Below are positions 8,384 through 16,979 of a DNA stretch of 33,302 bases, piece by piece. The position numbers and the translations under genes were made by a program. The notes under the pieces were generated by a model. That model was given only the letters and a program-made list of their open reading frames with translations, was not told the DNA's origin and searched no databases. The stretch covers positions 1-33,302 of the IMG/VR virus record IMGVR_UViG_3300009661_000081. One strand, written 5' to 3'. Numbering within the stretch: the stretch's first letter is position 1; every line of letters begins with the position of its first letter. This DNA is from a virus (taxonomy: Duplodnaviria; Caudoviricetes).

Positions 8384-8845
8384 TCATGCTGCGACCTTCT
8401 GCTGACTCCAGGCGCCGACCGCTTCAAATATTCGTGCGGCGTGAGCTTCGTCCAGCGACATAGCTTCCGGAATAGCGATCCAGCCAGAGGCCACCATCTG
8501 GCTTTGGTTGGCCGAATCGCGCAACTCCTTGTAGCAATGCTCAATCACGTCTTCCAGGTGGTCGGAGAGGTAGACGCCATCAGGCGCAATCTCAACCGAC
8601 TTGCTGTAGCGGTCACCGCGAGCATCGATGCAGAGAGCGCTGAGATAGATCGTCCAGCGATGGGAAATCCCACAGACGGCCTGGCCAATCTTCCCGGGCG
8701 CGATGTTCTTGAGCGACTTGTAATTGATCATGCCCTGACGACCGCTGGGATCGATATTGACCACGGCCACATGATTGGTGGACAGCAGCGCCCGGCAGGA
8801 TCGATCAATCCGGGCTTGGAGGTTGTGCGGCTTTCTTTTGCTCAT
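8384..8845 (-). CDS. Hypothetical phage protein
   Basis: GGAGG SD; coupled to neighbours. Confidence 0.75.
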   Translation of the reverse strand: MSKRKPHNLQARIDRSCRALLSTNHVAVVNIDPSGRQGMINYKSLKNIAPGKIGQAVCGISHRWTIYLSALCIDARGDRYSKSVEIAPDGVYLSDHLEDVIEHCYKELRDSANQSQMVASGWIAIPEAMSLDEAHAARIFEAVGAWSQQKVAA

Positions 8846-9072
8846 ATCGCCTCCGCGAGCTTCCGCAGGATCTTGCGCTCTGCCAGGGTAAGGCGCTTCT
8901 TGCGGCGCTTAAGGATTGTCTCCGGATCAACTCGATCTGCCCGGGCGGGCAGCGGCTTGAACTCGAATGACTGGAGTGATTTCACCGACCCGCCCTGGGA
9001 TAGGAAGAAGTCGCGGGCGGCATCGATGCGGGCTTGCTCTTGCTCGAGGGTGAGAGGTCTTCCGGGGTTCAT
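8842..9072 (-). CDS. Small basic hypothetical protein
   Basis: ATGA overlaps on both sides. Confidence 0.7.
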   Translation of the reverse strand: MNPGRPLTLEQEQARIDAARDFFLSQGGSVKSLQSFEFKPLPARADRVDPETILKRRKKRLTLAERKILRKLAEAI

Positions 9073-10709
9073 GCTGCCACCTGCTGCAGGGTTACCCCCG
9101 GCATGCTGAAGGTTGAACCTTGTGCTTCTACAAGGTCGTCGAGGTTTTGCCAGTTGATCGTTAGAACCGTAATAGGGGCTTGGCCAGCGGCGACCGCTTT
9201 CACCAGGGCCTCCATGTCGGTGACGCGGGCCTCCACCTGTGCTTGCTTAGGCGCGACCTTTGCGGACGGCGCCACCGCCGTTGAGCGCAGGGCGGGTTGC
9301 TCTGCCTTCACAGGCTCAGAGGCCGCCGGCGTTGCGCTCATCCTGGCTTCATCGGCCTTGCGCGTAGCTGCATCGAGCTCCAGTCGGTCAGCCTCTTCCT
9401 TGCGGATTCGCTCGCGCTGGGCCTCTTCTTTTTTCAGCTCGGCTTGCTTGTGCTCGTTGATTCGGACTTTGATCAGTGAAACCAAGTCGTCATTGGCTTT
9501 CGTTACGAGTTGCTGCACATCGTTGAACAGAAAGACGTGGTCGACTGCTAACTCGGCCAGGCTCGACAGATTGAGGCGAATTGCGTCGGCCGACTGGCTG
9601 GCGGCGATCTTTGCCCTTGCCAGTTCGGTATCTACTGCATCCTGGAGACTGGCTATGGTGCGCTTGTTCTTCATAGCGCCAGCGAAGTCAGAAGCCACCG
9701 GCGGTAGAACTACCCGGCCGAGCGTCTTGTTGATCGACGAGACGTGATCCGTCAGCGCGCTTTCAGCCTTCTGCTTGATGTTGGTCTTCACCAGCAGTTC
9801 TTGTGCCTTCACCAGCTTATCGACCTTCAGCCGGGTTTCGCGGGCATGAGCGCTGATCCGGTCCAGCGAAGAAAACAGTTCGTCGATGGTTTGAGTCTGC
9901 GACAGCGCCTGCTTCTTCGCAGTATCGACAGCAGTTTCAACATCGCTGCACCACTTCACGGCTTTCTTGGCGTCGGCGAAGTCCTGATCGGTCGTCAGCG
10001 TGGTTTTCACCGCATCGATGACCGCCAGCGCTGAATCTTCGAACACTTTGAGGTTGCTCTGAGTGACCATGCCTGTCAGTTCAATGCGCAACGCCGGCAG
10101 CTCGTCAGGCGCTTTGCCGACGACGATCGATGGCGCGTCGGCCATTTCGAAAGAGGCAAGATCGGCTTCGAACTGCTTCCATCCCTCGACCAGTTGCTCG
10201 GCGCGCCCAGCGACTGGTCGGTACTCCAGCGATACGAAGTTTTGCTCGGTGCCATCGGAGCAAACAAAGATCACTCGCTCTGCGCCGCTCACCAGCAGCT
10301 GCTGCTCAAGCTGCCAGTAGTAATGAGGCTGAAGGCTCTCTGCGCGCACCTGGGCGACGAGAGATTCATTCCAGAGCTTGTGCTCAAAAAGGGTATCGCC
10401 AAGCATTGTTGCGCCATCCATCGAAGCCAGCAGGTTGCCGCTGGTGCCGACGATTGGGTAAAGCTCCTCGCCGATCTTCTCCTCAACCAAGGGCCTGGCC
10501 AACGCTTCGGTGGCGTGGCCCTTGTCGAAGATGCGCTGCTGATTCGGCGTGACTTCCGGCGTGATGCCGGTTTTCTTCGCGGTAAGCAGGTCGGTGCGGC
10601 TTTGATACTTCGAAGCGCCCATCATTGCCGGAGCCTCGGAAGCAGTGAAGTACTGGGACCGGAGGGCGTGCCATTCAGCGCTGCCCTGAGCTACGTTGTG
10701 GATCTTCAT
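9069..10709 (-). CDS. YqaJ / lambda-exonuclease-family nuclease with long helical C-terminus
   Basis: QGSAEW..R...TASE, G...E, ASMDG, EHK, YYWQLEQQL. Confidence 0.9.
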   Translation of the reverse strand: MKIHNVAQGSAEWHALRSQYFTASEAPAMMGASKYQSRTDLLTAKKTGITPEVTPNQQRIFDKGHATEALARPLVEEKIGEELYPIVGTSGNLLASMDGATMLGDTLFEHKLWNESLVAQVRAESLQPHYYWQLEQQLLVSGAERVIFVCSDGTEQNFVSLEYRPVAGRAEQLVEGWKQFEADLASFEMADAPSIVVGKAPDELPALRIELTGMVTQSNLKVFEDSALAVIDAVKTTLTTDQDFADAKKAVKWCSDVETAVDTAKKQALSQTQTIDELFSSLDRISAHARETRLKVDKLVKAQELLVKTNIKQKAESALTDHVSSINKTLGRVVLPPVASDFAGAMKNKRTIASLQDAVDTELARAKIAASQSADAIRLNLSSLAELAVDHVFLFNDVQQLVTKANDDLVSLIKVRINEHKQAELKKEEAQRERIRKEEADRLELDAATRKADEARMSATPAASEPVKAEQPALRSTAVAPSAKVAPKQAQVEARVTDMEALVKAVAAGQAPITVLTINWQNLDDLVEAQGSTFSMPGVTLQQVAA

Positions 10710-11527
10710 GCGGACTCTCCTTCGATTGGCGCGAGGTTCTTGATCAGCTCGATCTGCTGCTCGCTCAGGGTGTATTTGCTGCTGACAGTGGCGATCAGGT
10801 GGTCCGGTGAAGACCGGCCCGCTTCAACGGCGGCGCGCCACTTGGGGAGATTTTCTTGAAGCTTTTCGTCTGGGTAGTCTTCCAGCGCGGCCGGCTCAGG
10901 CATTGATTCTGGCTGGCGCGGCGTATTGTCCTCGCGCGGCCCGTCGTCGAACACCTTGCCCTCCATTTCGTCGGCCGTAGGGGCTGACCCGACCTCGGGA
11001 AACGCCTTGCGCAACGCCTGAGCCTCCGCGCACTTAGCTAGCTGGGCATATGCGCGACGCTTCCACATTGCGTTTGGCGCGGCCGTGTCCTTGCTCGCCG
11101 TGGCGTAGTTCTCAAGCCAGCGCTCGTTTGCCGTGTACTCGGCGACCAGGCCGTTGCTCATCTGCCGCTTCACCGTCACCCGACACCATTCGGGATAGGT
11201 GACGTCTAAACCGCTTAGCTTTGCTGTCACGGGCGGGCCATATTCCGGCTCGCTGATGCCCGCATACTGGCCGGTGCGCGCCGCCTGTATGCGGTAGAGG
11301 CCGATGCCCGGCATTACGGTGTCCACCATGCCTCGTCCTTTCTGGTAGATCGGGACGATGTGCACCGGCTTGAGCATCGGGTCGAGCTGGGCGGCCTTGC
11401 AGTAGGCCAGCACCATTACAACTGAGTTGTGCGCAGCGCCTGGGTAGAGGCTGCCGCTGAGCACTTCAACGAGCGCATCCTCGGAAATGGCCGGCAAGTT
11501 GTCGGCCTGCTTCATTACTGCGGACAT
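10706..11527 (-). CDS. bet: Single-strand annealing protein Bet (Red-beta/RecT family)
   Basis: YCK..LDPM.KPVHIVP, GIGLYR..A.RTG, W......LAKCAEAQALRKAFP; adjacent to exonuclease. Confidence 0.9.
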   Translation of the reverse strand: MSAVMKQADNLPAISEDALVEVLSGSLYPGAAHNSVVMVLAYCKAAQLDPMLKPVHIVPIYQKGRGMVDTVMPGIGLYRIQAARTGQYAGISEPEYGPPVTAKLSGLDVTYPEWCRVTVKRQMSNGLVAEYTANERWLENYATASKDTAAPNAMWKRRAYAQLAKCAEAQALRKAFPEVGSAPTADEMEGKVFDDGPREDNTPRQPESMPEPAALEDYPDEKLQENLPKWRAAVEAGRSSPDHLIATVSSKYTLSEQQIELIKNLAPIEGESA

Positions 11528-11579
11528 GAGTTTCTCCCGCGCCATCCGTGCTCGGGGCGCTGCGATTGAATAGAAGGGG

Positions 11580-11696
11580 TTACTGAGTGATGTGGGCTGC
11601 GTAGGCGCTGGCCAGCATCCAGAATGCGGCGAGGAGTAAGGTGATCGCTGATCCGCGCCAGTAGGCCATGCGGAGGGTGCGTTGGCGGGCGGTCAT
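11580..11696 (-). CDS. 38-aa single-TM peptide
   Basis: MTARQR... coupled to upstream stop; hydrophobic C-terminal half. Confidence 0.55.
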   Translation of the reverse strand: MTARQRTLRMAYWRGSAITLLLAAFWMLASAYAAHITQ

Positions 11697-11935
11697 GGTG
11701 CGCAGTGGTATGCACCACCATGCCCGCGGTTGCAGTAGAATCGCCCGTCGTCGGCGTTCGGCATTCCGTACTCGCTTCCGCATCCGCAGCGGACTTCTGA
11801 GTCCATGTTCTTTTCAGCGCAAAACTGTTCGGCAAGTTCGACAAGGTTCGGAACGTGGACCGCAGCCGGCGCTATCGCCTCCCACACTCCATCCACAAGC
11901 TTGATTCGAGGCTTCAAGTGCGCACGACTGCTCAT
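11693..11935 (-). CDS. Hypothetical Cys-rich protein
   Basis: GAGG SD; ATGA coupling. Confidence 0.6.
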   Translation of the reverse strand: MSSRAHLKPRIKLVDGVWEAIAPAAVHVPNLVELAEQFCAEKNMDSEVRCGCGSEYGMPNADDGRFYCNRGHGGAYHCAP

Positions 11936-12153
11936 GCTCGCACCTCATAAGCCAGTGTCCACTCGCCACACAGGCAGGCCCGACGGCTCCATGCTTCCGG
12001 GTTCTCGATATGGGCTCGCTCAGCGGCCTGCATGGCTTCGAACATGGTATCGCCCTTGAAAACCATCAGCACCCGATCACTGGGGACGGCCATGCATTCC
12101 GGTAGATCTTCAAGCTGCTCGTCTACGAGCGATTTAACTGGGGATGTGGTCAT
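11932..12153 (-). CDS. Hypothetical phage protein
   Basis: ATGA coupling. Confidence 0.65.
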   Translation of the reverse strand: MTTSPVKSLVDEQLEDLPECMAVPSDRVLMVFKGDTMFEAMQAAERAHIENPEAWSRRACLCGEWTLAYEVRA

Positions 12154-12728
12154 TGAGCCACCTGCTTGCGGTAGCCCGCGTCGTAGGTGATTGCTGCTTT
12201 TTCACGAATTGATGGCCGCTCCGGATCCTTACCCATAATCAAAGCGATATCGGTAACTGCAGCCTCCCGCTCTTCCGCCTCGATCTGCTCGGGCGTGCGG
12301 ATTGGGCGAAACACCTGCATGCCCGAGACGGTGCGCAACGGGTCTGACTGGTACTGATTTTTCTTGTGCATGCCAGTGAACCGGAATACTGGGAAACCGG
12401 TATCTGGTTCTACGCCAATCACGATGCAGGTCGTGTATTCCTTGCGAGCCTCGTTCCAAAGTACCTCACAGGCCACTCCAACTGGCGGTAGGCCTTCGCC
12501 CACCCAAGGCGCTGGGCGCAGGGTCACGTAACTGAAAGACTCGCGCCGCGAATTATGGAAAGAGCCGCACGAAGGATCGCCACCGCCATACGGGAACGAT
12601 TTCGCATGCTCAAGGTTTTGGTGTTGGGTTTCGCCCAGCCAGAACTCTTTGATGCCAAATCCAGTTTCGTGCAGGCCGTGCGCATACGCCCATTCAGGCG
12701 CCTTGCTCCAATCAATGTCCTTGCTCAT
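12150..12728 (-). CDS. Hypothetical phage protein (IDWSKAPE / W.GEGLPPVG type)
   Basis: Motifs recurrent in Pseudomonas phage early genes; AGGAG SD. Confidence 0.75.
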   Translation of the reverse strand: MSKDIDWSKAPEWAYAHGLHETGFGIKEFWLGETQHQNLEHAKSFPYGGGDPSCGSFHNSRRESFSYVTLRPAPWVGEGLPPVGVACEVLWNEARKEYTTCIVIGVEPDTGFPVFRFTGMHKKNQYQSDPLRTVSGMQVFRPIRTPEQIEAEEREAAVTDIALIMGKDPERPSIREKAAITYDAGYRKQVAQ

Positions 12729-12928
12729 GCCGCTCTCCTTTGGCGCCGCCGGATCGTATCCGCCAGGCGGTCACAGTAATGGTTGAACTCTTCGATGGTG
12801 ATGAGTTGGTCGGTCATCATCCGCGTGATGATTCGCTGGACATCATTCGATTCGCCGGGCCTGCATGCAGGGTGGGCAAGTCCTTCCAGGGCTTTGTCGA
12901 TCAGGATGTGAGGGCTCAAAATCCGCAC
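12725..12928 (-). CDS. Hypothetical phage protein
   Basis: GAGGAG SD; coupled to downstream gene. Confidence 0.6.
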   Translation of the reverse strand: MRILSPHILIDKALEGLAHPACRPGESNDVQRIITRMMTDQLITIEEFNHYCDRLADTIRRRQRRAA

Positions 12929-13362
12929 TCCTCAGATTCCTGCTGCCATTGTCTGTCGAGCGCTACAGCACGCTTGGCGTGAGGCCTCAGTAGGTCAATG
13001 GCGATGTTTTTGAGGTTCGCCCGACTCCCGAGCAGGTACAGCGCGTTTTCTCGGCCATCGAAGCGAGAGCCCCAGGTGGCGTTCGCAATGACCAGTCTGG
13101 CGAATGCGTCCTTCTGATCCTCGCCATCTTTTTGCCGATCAACCAAGTACATCTGTACCGCACTGGCGAACTCGTCGGCGGTGGCGCGACCCTTGTCGGC
13201 CTTGCGATAACCCCACTCGACGTCGTTTCCGTCCATGAGGCGTTCTGCATTCGATTCGGCCCACTCCAGTTCGGCGGGATCTTCGTCACTCACATCTGGC
13301 GGCAGCCTGGCATCGTGCCGCGCTTGAGCTGATTGCATTGCTGATTGCATGACTGCCTCCAT
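12916..13362 (-). CDS. Hypothetical phage protein (start may be 13350)
   Basis: 148-aa ORF; GGAGG precedes MQSA. Confidence 0.65.
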   Translation of the reverse strand: MEAVMQSAMQSAQARHDARLPPDVSDEDPAELEWAESNAERLMDGNDVEWGYRKADKGRATADEFASAVQMYLVDRQKDGEDQKDAFARLVIANATWGSRFDGRENALYLLGSRANLKNIAIDLLRPHAKRAVALDRQWQQESEECGF

Positions 13363-13370
13363 ATGGCGGG

Positions 13371-13556
13371 TTACTTGATTGCTTGCTTGATCTCAGCGTC
13401 ACGCTCGGCACCGCTCAAGCGCGCCCAACGGTCATGCTGGAAGTTGTGATCGTCCAGCGCCGCCTGATTGCCCGTGCGGCAAGGTTCGCAACAGCCCTCG
13501 TACAGAGTGCCTGTTGCCTCACCACACTGAGGGCAGTCGAAATGCTCATCGCTCAT
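13371..13556 (-). CDS. Small zinc-finger-like protein
   Basis: CPQC...CEPC; GGAGG SD. Confidence 0.65.
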   Translation of the reverse strand: MSDEHFDCPQCGEATGTLYEGCCEPCRTGNQAALDDHNFQHDRWARLSGAERDAEIKQAIK

Positions 13557-13577
13557 GGCGACCTCCAGTGTTTGGGG

Positions 13578-13742
13578 TTAGGCGGAAACTGATGAATTCA
13601 ATTTGTGGTGCCGAGCCATAGCCATCCAATAATCTCGGTTAGCTTTTGCCCGCTCGACCATTGAGTTGGGGCCGTGCTTCTTTCCGAACATCATTCTGTA
13701 GTTCTGGCTCCTGGCTCTGCCCACGCATTCGCGAACATTCAT
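13578..13742 (-). CDS. Small basic hypothetical protein
   Basis: GGAG SD before MNVREC. Confidence 0.5.
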   Translation of the reverse strand: MNVRECVGRARSQNYRMMFGKKHGPNSMVERAKANRDYWMAMARHHKLNSSVSA

Positions 13743-13789
13743 GACTCTCTCCATTCGTTGGTTCACCTGCATTACGTCAACACACATTC

Positions 13790-14450
13790 CTCCCGCTGGT
13801 TGCCGATGGGCGCGGGGTGAGTGCTGACGTAATAGAGGCGGGGAAGGGTGCAGACGCCCGGCACTGCCCGGGATGTGTCGAGTCTGGCCAGCTATGCCCT
13901 CGGACTCGCCTGCGGTGTTCGTCTTCGTTTTGGTTGGGCCTGCCAGCTCCCTGGCTGATGCGCGGCGACATCGTCGGCCCTGCTTTCCGCTGCCTGTCAG
14001 GATGTTGGGCGCAGCCTTCAGGCTTGCCGCGCCGCGCAGATGAATCGTTGACCTACTTCATGGCCGTATCTCCTATTGCTCGCTCACTGGGAAGGCAGTG
14101 GCCACCTGTTGAATGGGGTGCCGGTTACGCTGTCCGGCTCCTGCGCTCTGTGTGGCCGAGGCCAAGTCGAACAGGACGGTGGTGATGCAGGTGGGCGGTT
14201 ATAGGCCGCGATTTCGTCCGCATCGGTGAAGTGATTCGCGAGGAGCTACCTCTGGCATTGCCCGCGGCCACTTTCTGCGCGGCCGTTCTCGGTGGCTGGC
14301 CTGATTACGAGTCAGGTGCCTTGCACTGCTGAATCACTTCCCGATGCGCTCTCATAGAGAGAATCGGGTGGTTTCGCCGGGTTCGTCCTGACCACCCAGG
14401 ACCTCAACCATCACCGGAATAGGGCAGTTTGCGACAGGCTGTCGTTGGTG
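13790..14450 (-). ncRNA. Candidate structured non-coding RNA block within the PL transcript
   Basis: No convincing CDS; consecutive stems (13959-67/14030-38, 14219-37/14331-48 and others). Confidence 0.45.
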
Positions 14451-14458
14451 CTGGTTGA

Positions 14459-15235
14459 TCAGTCGTAGAGCCCGTAGCTCAGGTCGTCTGGGTCGCAGTC
14501 GATCACCAGAACGGCGTTACCGAAGTACAGGGACGCCAACATGCGCTCCCAGTCAGAACGGATCGACATGTTTATGGCCACTTTCTTTTCGTCGAGCTTG
14601 GCCGAATAAACCTCGCCAAATTCGTCACACTTCCGCCAGTGGTTTGCTGCATCGCGCTGACCTGTGATCTTCACGTGCATGCTGTGCTTCAAGGAATAGT
14701 TCTCGCGGCGACGGTGGTGACTTGCTCGATCTTCCGGCTCTTCATCAAAGTAGATGTGCATGAACTTGATGCCAGCTCCGTAGCTGTCACCTTCTTCGAT
14801 GCGGATCTCGGGGCGCTCCCAGTTCTCTTCGGCGGCTTTATCTTTATGGTCGTCGATAAAGGCTGTGAGCAGATTGTGGAGCGACACTTCGCCAGTAATC
14901 AGGCCCTTGCCGTCCAACACCTCGGCTATGGACTTGTCGGCCTGCTCGATGATCGTCGAGTGCACGGCGGCTGCCTCCCAGCGCTCGCGCAGGGCATTCG
15001 CAACCAAGCCGTTGTAGCGCTGAAGCTCAAAAACATCAGAGACGTTGGCCGGCAGCGCGGCCTTGACAGCCTCCTTGATGGCGCCGCCGAAATCGCCGTA
15101 GGAACGGAAGGTGTCGCTCACGACTTCTTTAAACAGCTTCTCGATGCCTTCGTCGATCAGCTCGCGTGGACGGTCTGACTTGGCGTATGCAGTGACGCGC
15201 TCGGCAAGCAGCGCTTGAAGGGTTTGTTCGCTCAT
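14459..15235 (-). CDS. Hypothetical acidic phage protein
   Basis: GGAG SD before MSEQTL; 258 aa. Confidence 0.75.
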   Translation of the reverse strand: MSEQTLQALLAERVTAYAKSDRPRELIDEGIEKLFKEVVSDTFRSYGDFGGAIKEAVKAALPANVSDVFELQRYNGLVANALRERWEAAAVHSTIIEQADKSIAEVLDGKGLITGEVSLHNLLTAFIDDHKDKAAEENWERPEIRIEEGDSYGAGIKFMHIYFDEEPEDRASHHRRRENYSLKHSMHVKITGQRDAANHWRKCDEFGEVYSAKLDEKKVAINMSIRSDWERMLASLYFGNAVLVIDCDPDDLSYGLYD

Positions 15236-15254
15236 TTGATGCTCCGTGCTTGAT

Positions 15255-15303
15255 CGGTTATTTTCCCAATGCACCCGTCACCAGGTGCATCAGTGAAAAG
15301 GCC
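15255..15303 (-). repeat. Intergenic hairpin repeat, copy A
   Basis: TTTTCACT-GATGCACC..GGTGCAT-TGGGAAAA-TAACCG on minus strand. Confidence 0.85.
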
Positions 15304-15304
15304 G

Positions 15305-15559
15305 TCACGCCGCGAACAGGTCTTGCTGGCGCGGCTGCGGCGTGCAGCGCTGGACCCCGTCCCATATGGCTTGCTCCAGCAGTTCGGCGTCCCGCTCAAG
15401 CTCAGGGAAGACTCCGGCGAACTCGCTCACGGCATCTCGAAGCGCGGCTGCTTCACGCTGCAGGGCTGGAATTACGATGCTGCGCATGTTGCCAATGGTG
15501 CGCAGGTCAAGGCTGCATTCCCGGCAAAGCCGTATGTAGTCGATCATGTACTTCGGCAT
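15305..15559 (-). CDS. Hypothetical protein with C-terminal QQDLF
   Basis: GGAG SD before MPKYMID; lies between repeat copies B and A. Confidence 0.7.
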   Translation of the reverse strand: MPKYMIDYIRLCRECSLDLRTIGNMRSIVIPALQREAAALRDAVSEFAGVFPELERDAELLEQAIWDGVQRCTPQPRQQDLFAA

Positions 15560-15570
15560 TTCACTCCCTC

Positions 15571-15621
15571 CGGTTGGCCTCCCAATGCACCCGGGCAACC
15601 AGGTGCATCAGTGAAAAGGCC
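15571..15621 (-). repeat. Intergenic hairpin repeat, copy B
   Basis: Near-identical to copy A over about 40 bp. Confidence 0.85.
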
Positions 15622-15637
15622 CGCTTACTTGTTCAAA

Positions 15638-15793
15638 TCAGCGATACACCGGAACCACAACAACATCGCCGACGAACTCGGCTATCCGTCGCGCCTTTGC
15701 CTCATCGCCGGCCTTGTAGACATCAAACACTTCGCCGGTCTTGGCGTCCTCGAGCAGCCAGCCAGCGGGGACTTTCTCTTTCTCGACTTCCAT
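15638..15793 (-). CDS. 51-aa hypothetical protein (not in the ORF track)
   Basis: GAGG SD then MEVEKEKVPAGWLLEDAKTGEVFDVY...VPVYR*; fills the operon gap. Confidence 0.65.
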   Translation of the reverse strand: MEVEKEKVPAGWLLEDAKTGEVFDVYKAGDEAKARRIAEFVGDVVVVPVYR

Positions 15794-15807
15794 TGCGAAT
15801 CCCTCAT

Positions 15808-16185
15808 TCATCCAACAAGTTCAGCCACATCAGCCCGACGCGGCACCCGAAGCTCACTCAATCGACGCTCTGCCATCCGACGATCACGCCGCATGGGCTG
15901 ATCATCTATCAGAGCGTGAATCGCGATGACTGCCGCAAGGACGACGCATACCGGTGAAATGATGTTCAGCTCTCTTGCCTTGTTCACAAGCTGAATGCGC
16001 TTTGAAACACTAAGCTTGCACATAGCGCTTGTGAGGCGATTTACGACGGACCCGGGAGAGATCCCAAAGGCCTTGGCGATCTCCTTGGAGGTCATGCCCT
16101 GAGCCACCAGCAATACGCACTGCAGCTCCCGGGGTGCTAGAGCCATCCCGAGCTGGCCCTTCCATGTGCCGCTGATAATTTCCAT
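15808..16185 (-). CDS. LuxR/GerE-type HTH protein with hydrophobic C-terminal segment
   Basis: LAPRELQCVLLVAQGMTSKEIAKAFGISPGSV; GGAG SD before MEIISG. Confidence 0.85.
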   Translation of the reverse strand: MEIISGTWKGQLGMALAPRELQCVLLVAQGMTSKEIAKAFGISPGSVVNRLTSAMCKLSVSKRIQLVNKARELNIISPVCVVLAAVIAIHALIDDQPMRRDRRMAERRLSELRVPRRADVAELVG

Positions 16186-16197
16186 TGCTGTGACTCC

Positions 16198-16241
16198 CGG
16201 TTGTTTTCCCACTGCCACCGATGCGGTGGCAGAAGTGAAAA
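16198..16241 (-). repeat. Intergenic hairpin repeat, copy C (different upper stem)
   Basis: TTTTCACT-TCTGCCACCG-CAT-CGGTGGCAG-TGGGAAAA-CAACCG. Confidence 0.75.
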
Positions 16242-16247
16242 TGTCCG

Positions 16248-16721
16248 TCATCCGTGATTGGCAAACTCTCCATGCAGTCGCTCTCTCAGAGCCCGCGCAG
16301 CCTTTTCGGCATCAGCAAGGTCATCAAACAAGCCTCCGGAGTGATTTTTGTAATTGAGACAAACTTGCACGTGCCACTTTCCATTCAGCGTCCGTGACAC
16401 ACCCTTAACTCCAGAGGTGTTGTTTCTTCGAAGAGGCTGGTTGTGGTTGTTTTGCTTGTGGTCACACTCGCGCAGATTTGCGAATCGGTTGTCTCCGCAA
16501 ATCCCGTTGATGTGGTCAATCTCCGCTTCCGGCCAGCTCTTTGTCATGTAGAACCATGCCAGTCGGTGTGCCCGGTAGTTCCAGTGAGCAACTGACAGCA
16601 GCAGGTATCCGCTGCGATCTGGTCGGCCAGCCTCTTTGCCAGAAGGGATCCTCGTAAACACGCCTGTTTCTGGGTCGTACGAAACAAGCTCCAAGAGCCT
16701 GGAATGACTAATTAGCTTCAT
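16248..16721 (-). CDS. HNH endonuclease with AP2-like C-terminal domain
   Basis: YDPETGVF, AHRLAW, IDHING...DNRFANLR, NTSGVKGV. Confidence 0.9.
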   Translation of the reverse strand: MKLISHSRLLELVSYDPETGVFTRIPSGKEAGRPDRSGYLLLSVAHWNYRAHRLAWFYMTKSWPEAEIDHINGICGDNRFANLRECDHKQNNHNQPLRRNNTSGVKGVSRTLNGKWHVQVCLNYKNHSGGLFDDLADAEKAARALRERLHGEFANHG

Positions 16722-16939
16722 GAAATCTCCTGCTTTCCGCGAAATCCTTCTCAAGATCTCCTGGAGAGCATCCGGCCCGCGCTTGGCGAGCCGGCAATCT
16801 CTGAATCTTTCTCTCCAGCCGCGGGCCTTTCGGCTTGTTCTCCCGCTGGATAACTGTTCTTGGCGCTTTACGCTGCGCGCCCGGGTCAGTTGCCAACCCT
16901 CTGAACCGTTAAGGCCGGTTCATCGCTGCCTTTGAAGCT

Positions 16940-16979
16940 GGGCCGGTGTTGATCCGGCAAGGGGTGAATCTAAAGAGCG
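16940..16979 (-). promoter_or_regulatory. boxA (CGCTCTTTA) followed by a hairpin; nutL-like
   Basis: Consensus boxA at 16971-16979, about 65 nt downstream of PL; then GCCGG-N7-CCGGC. Confidence 0.6.

Noticed and set aside
8193-8387. 64-aa Arg-rich ORF as an N-like antiterminator
   Set aside because: It overlaps the next gene by 110 bp and lies far from PL; may be a real short peptide but the function is unsupported
14219-14348. Complete tRNA gene
   Set aside because: Only an anticodon-like arm is present; no GTTCGA T-arm, acceptor stem or CCA
15250-15957. Long plus-strand ORFs 15250-15957 and 15269-15901 with internal repeats
   Set aside because: Antisense shadows of SD-led minus-strand genes; the peptide repeat merely reflects DNA repeats A and B
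15255-16241. CRISPR array or integron attC cassettes
   Set aside because: Spacers are whole genes of unequal length, there are no cas genes, no GTTRRRY/RYYYAAC ends, and the integrase is a phage type
16248-16721. HNH gene as part of a self-splicing intron or intein
   Set aside because: It is free-standing; no interrupted host gene or group I core elements were recognised
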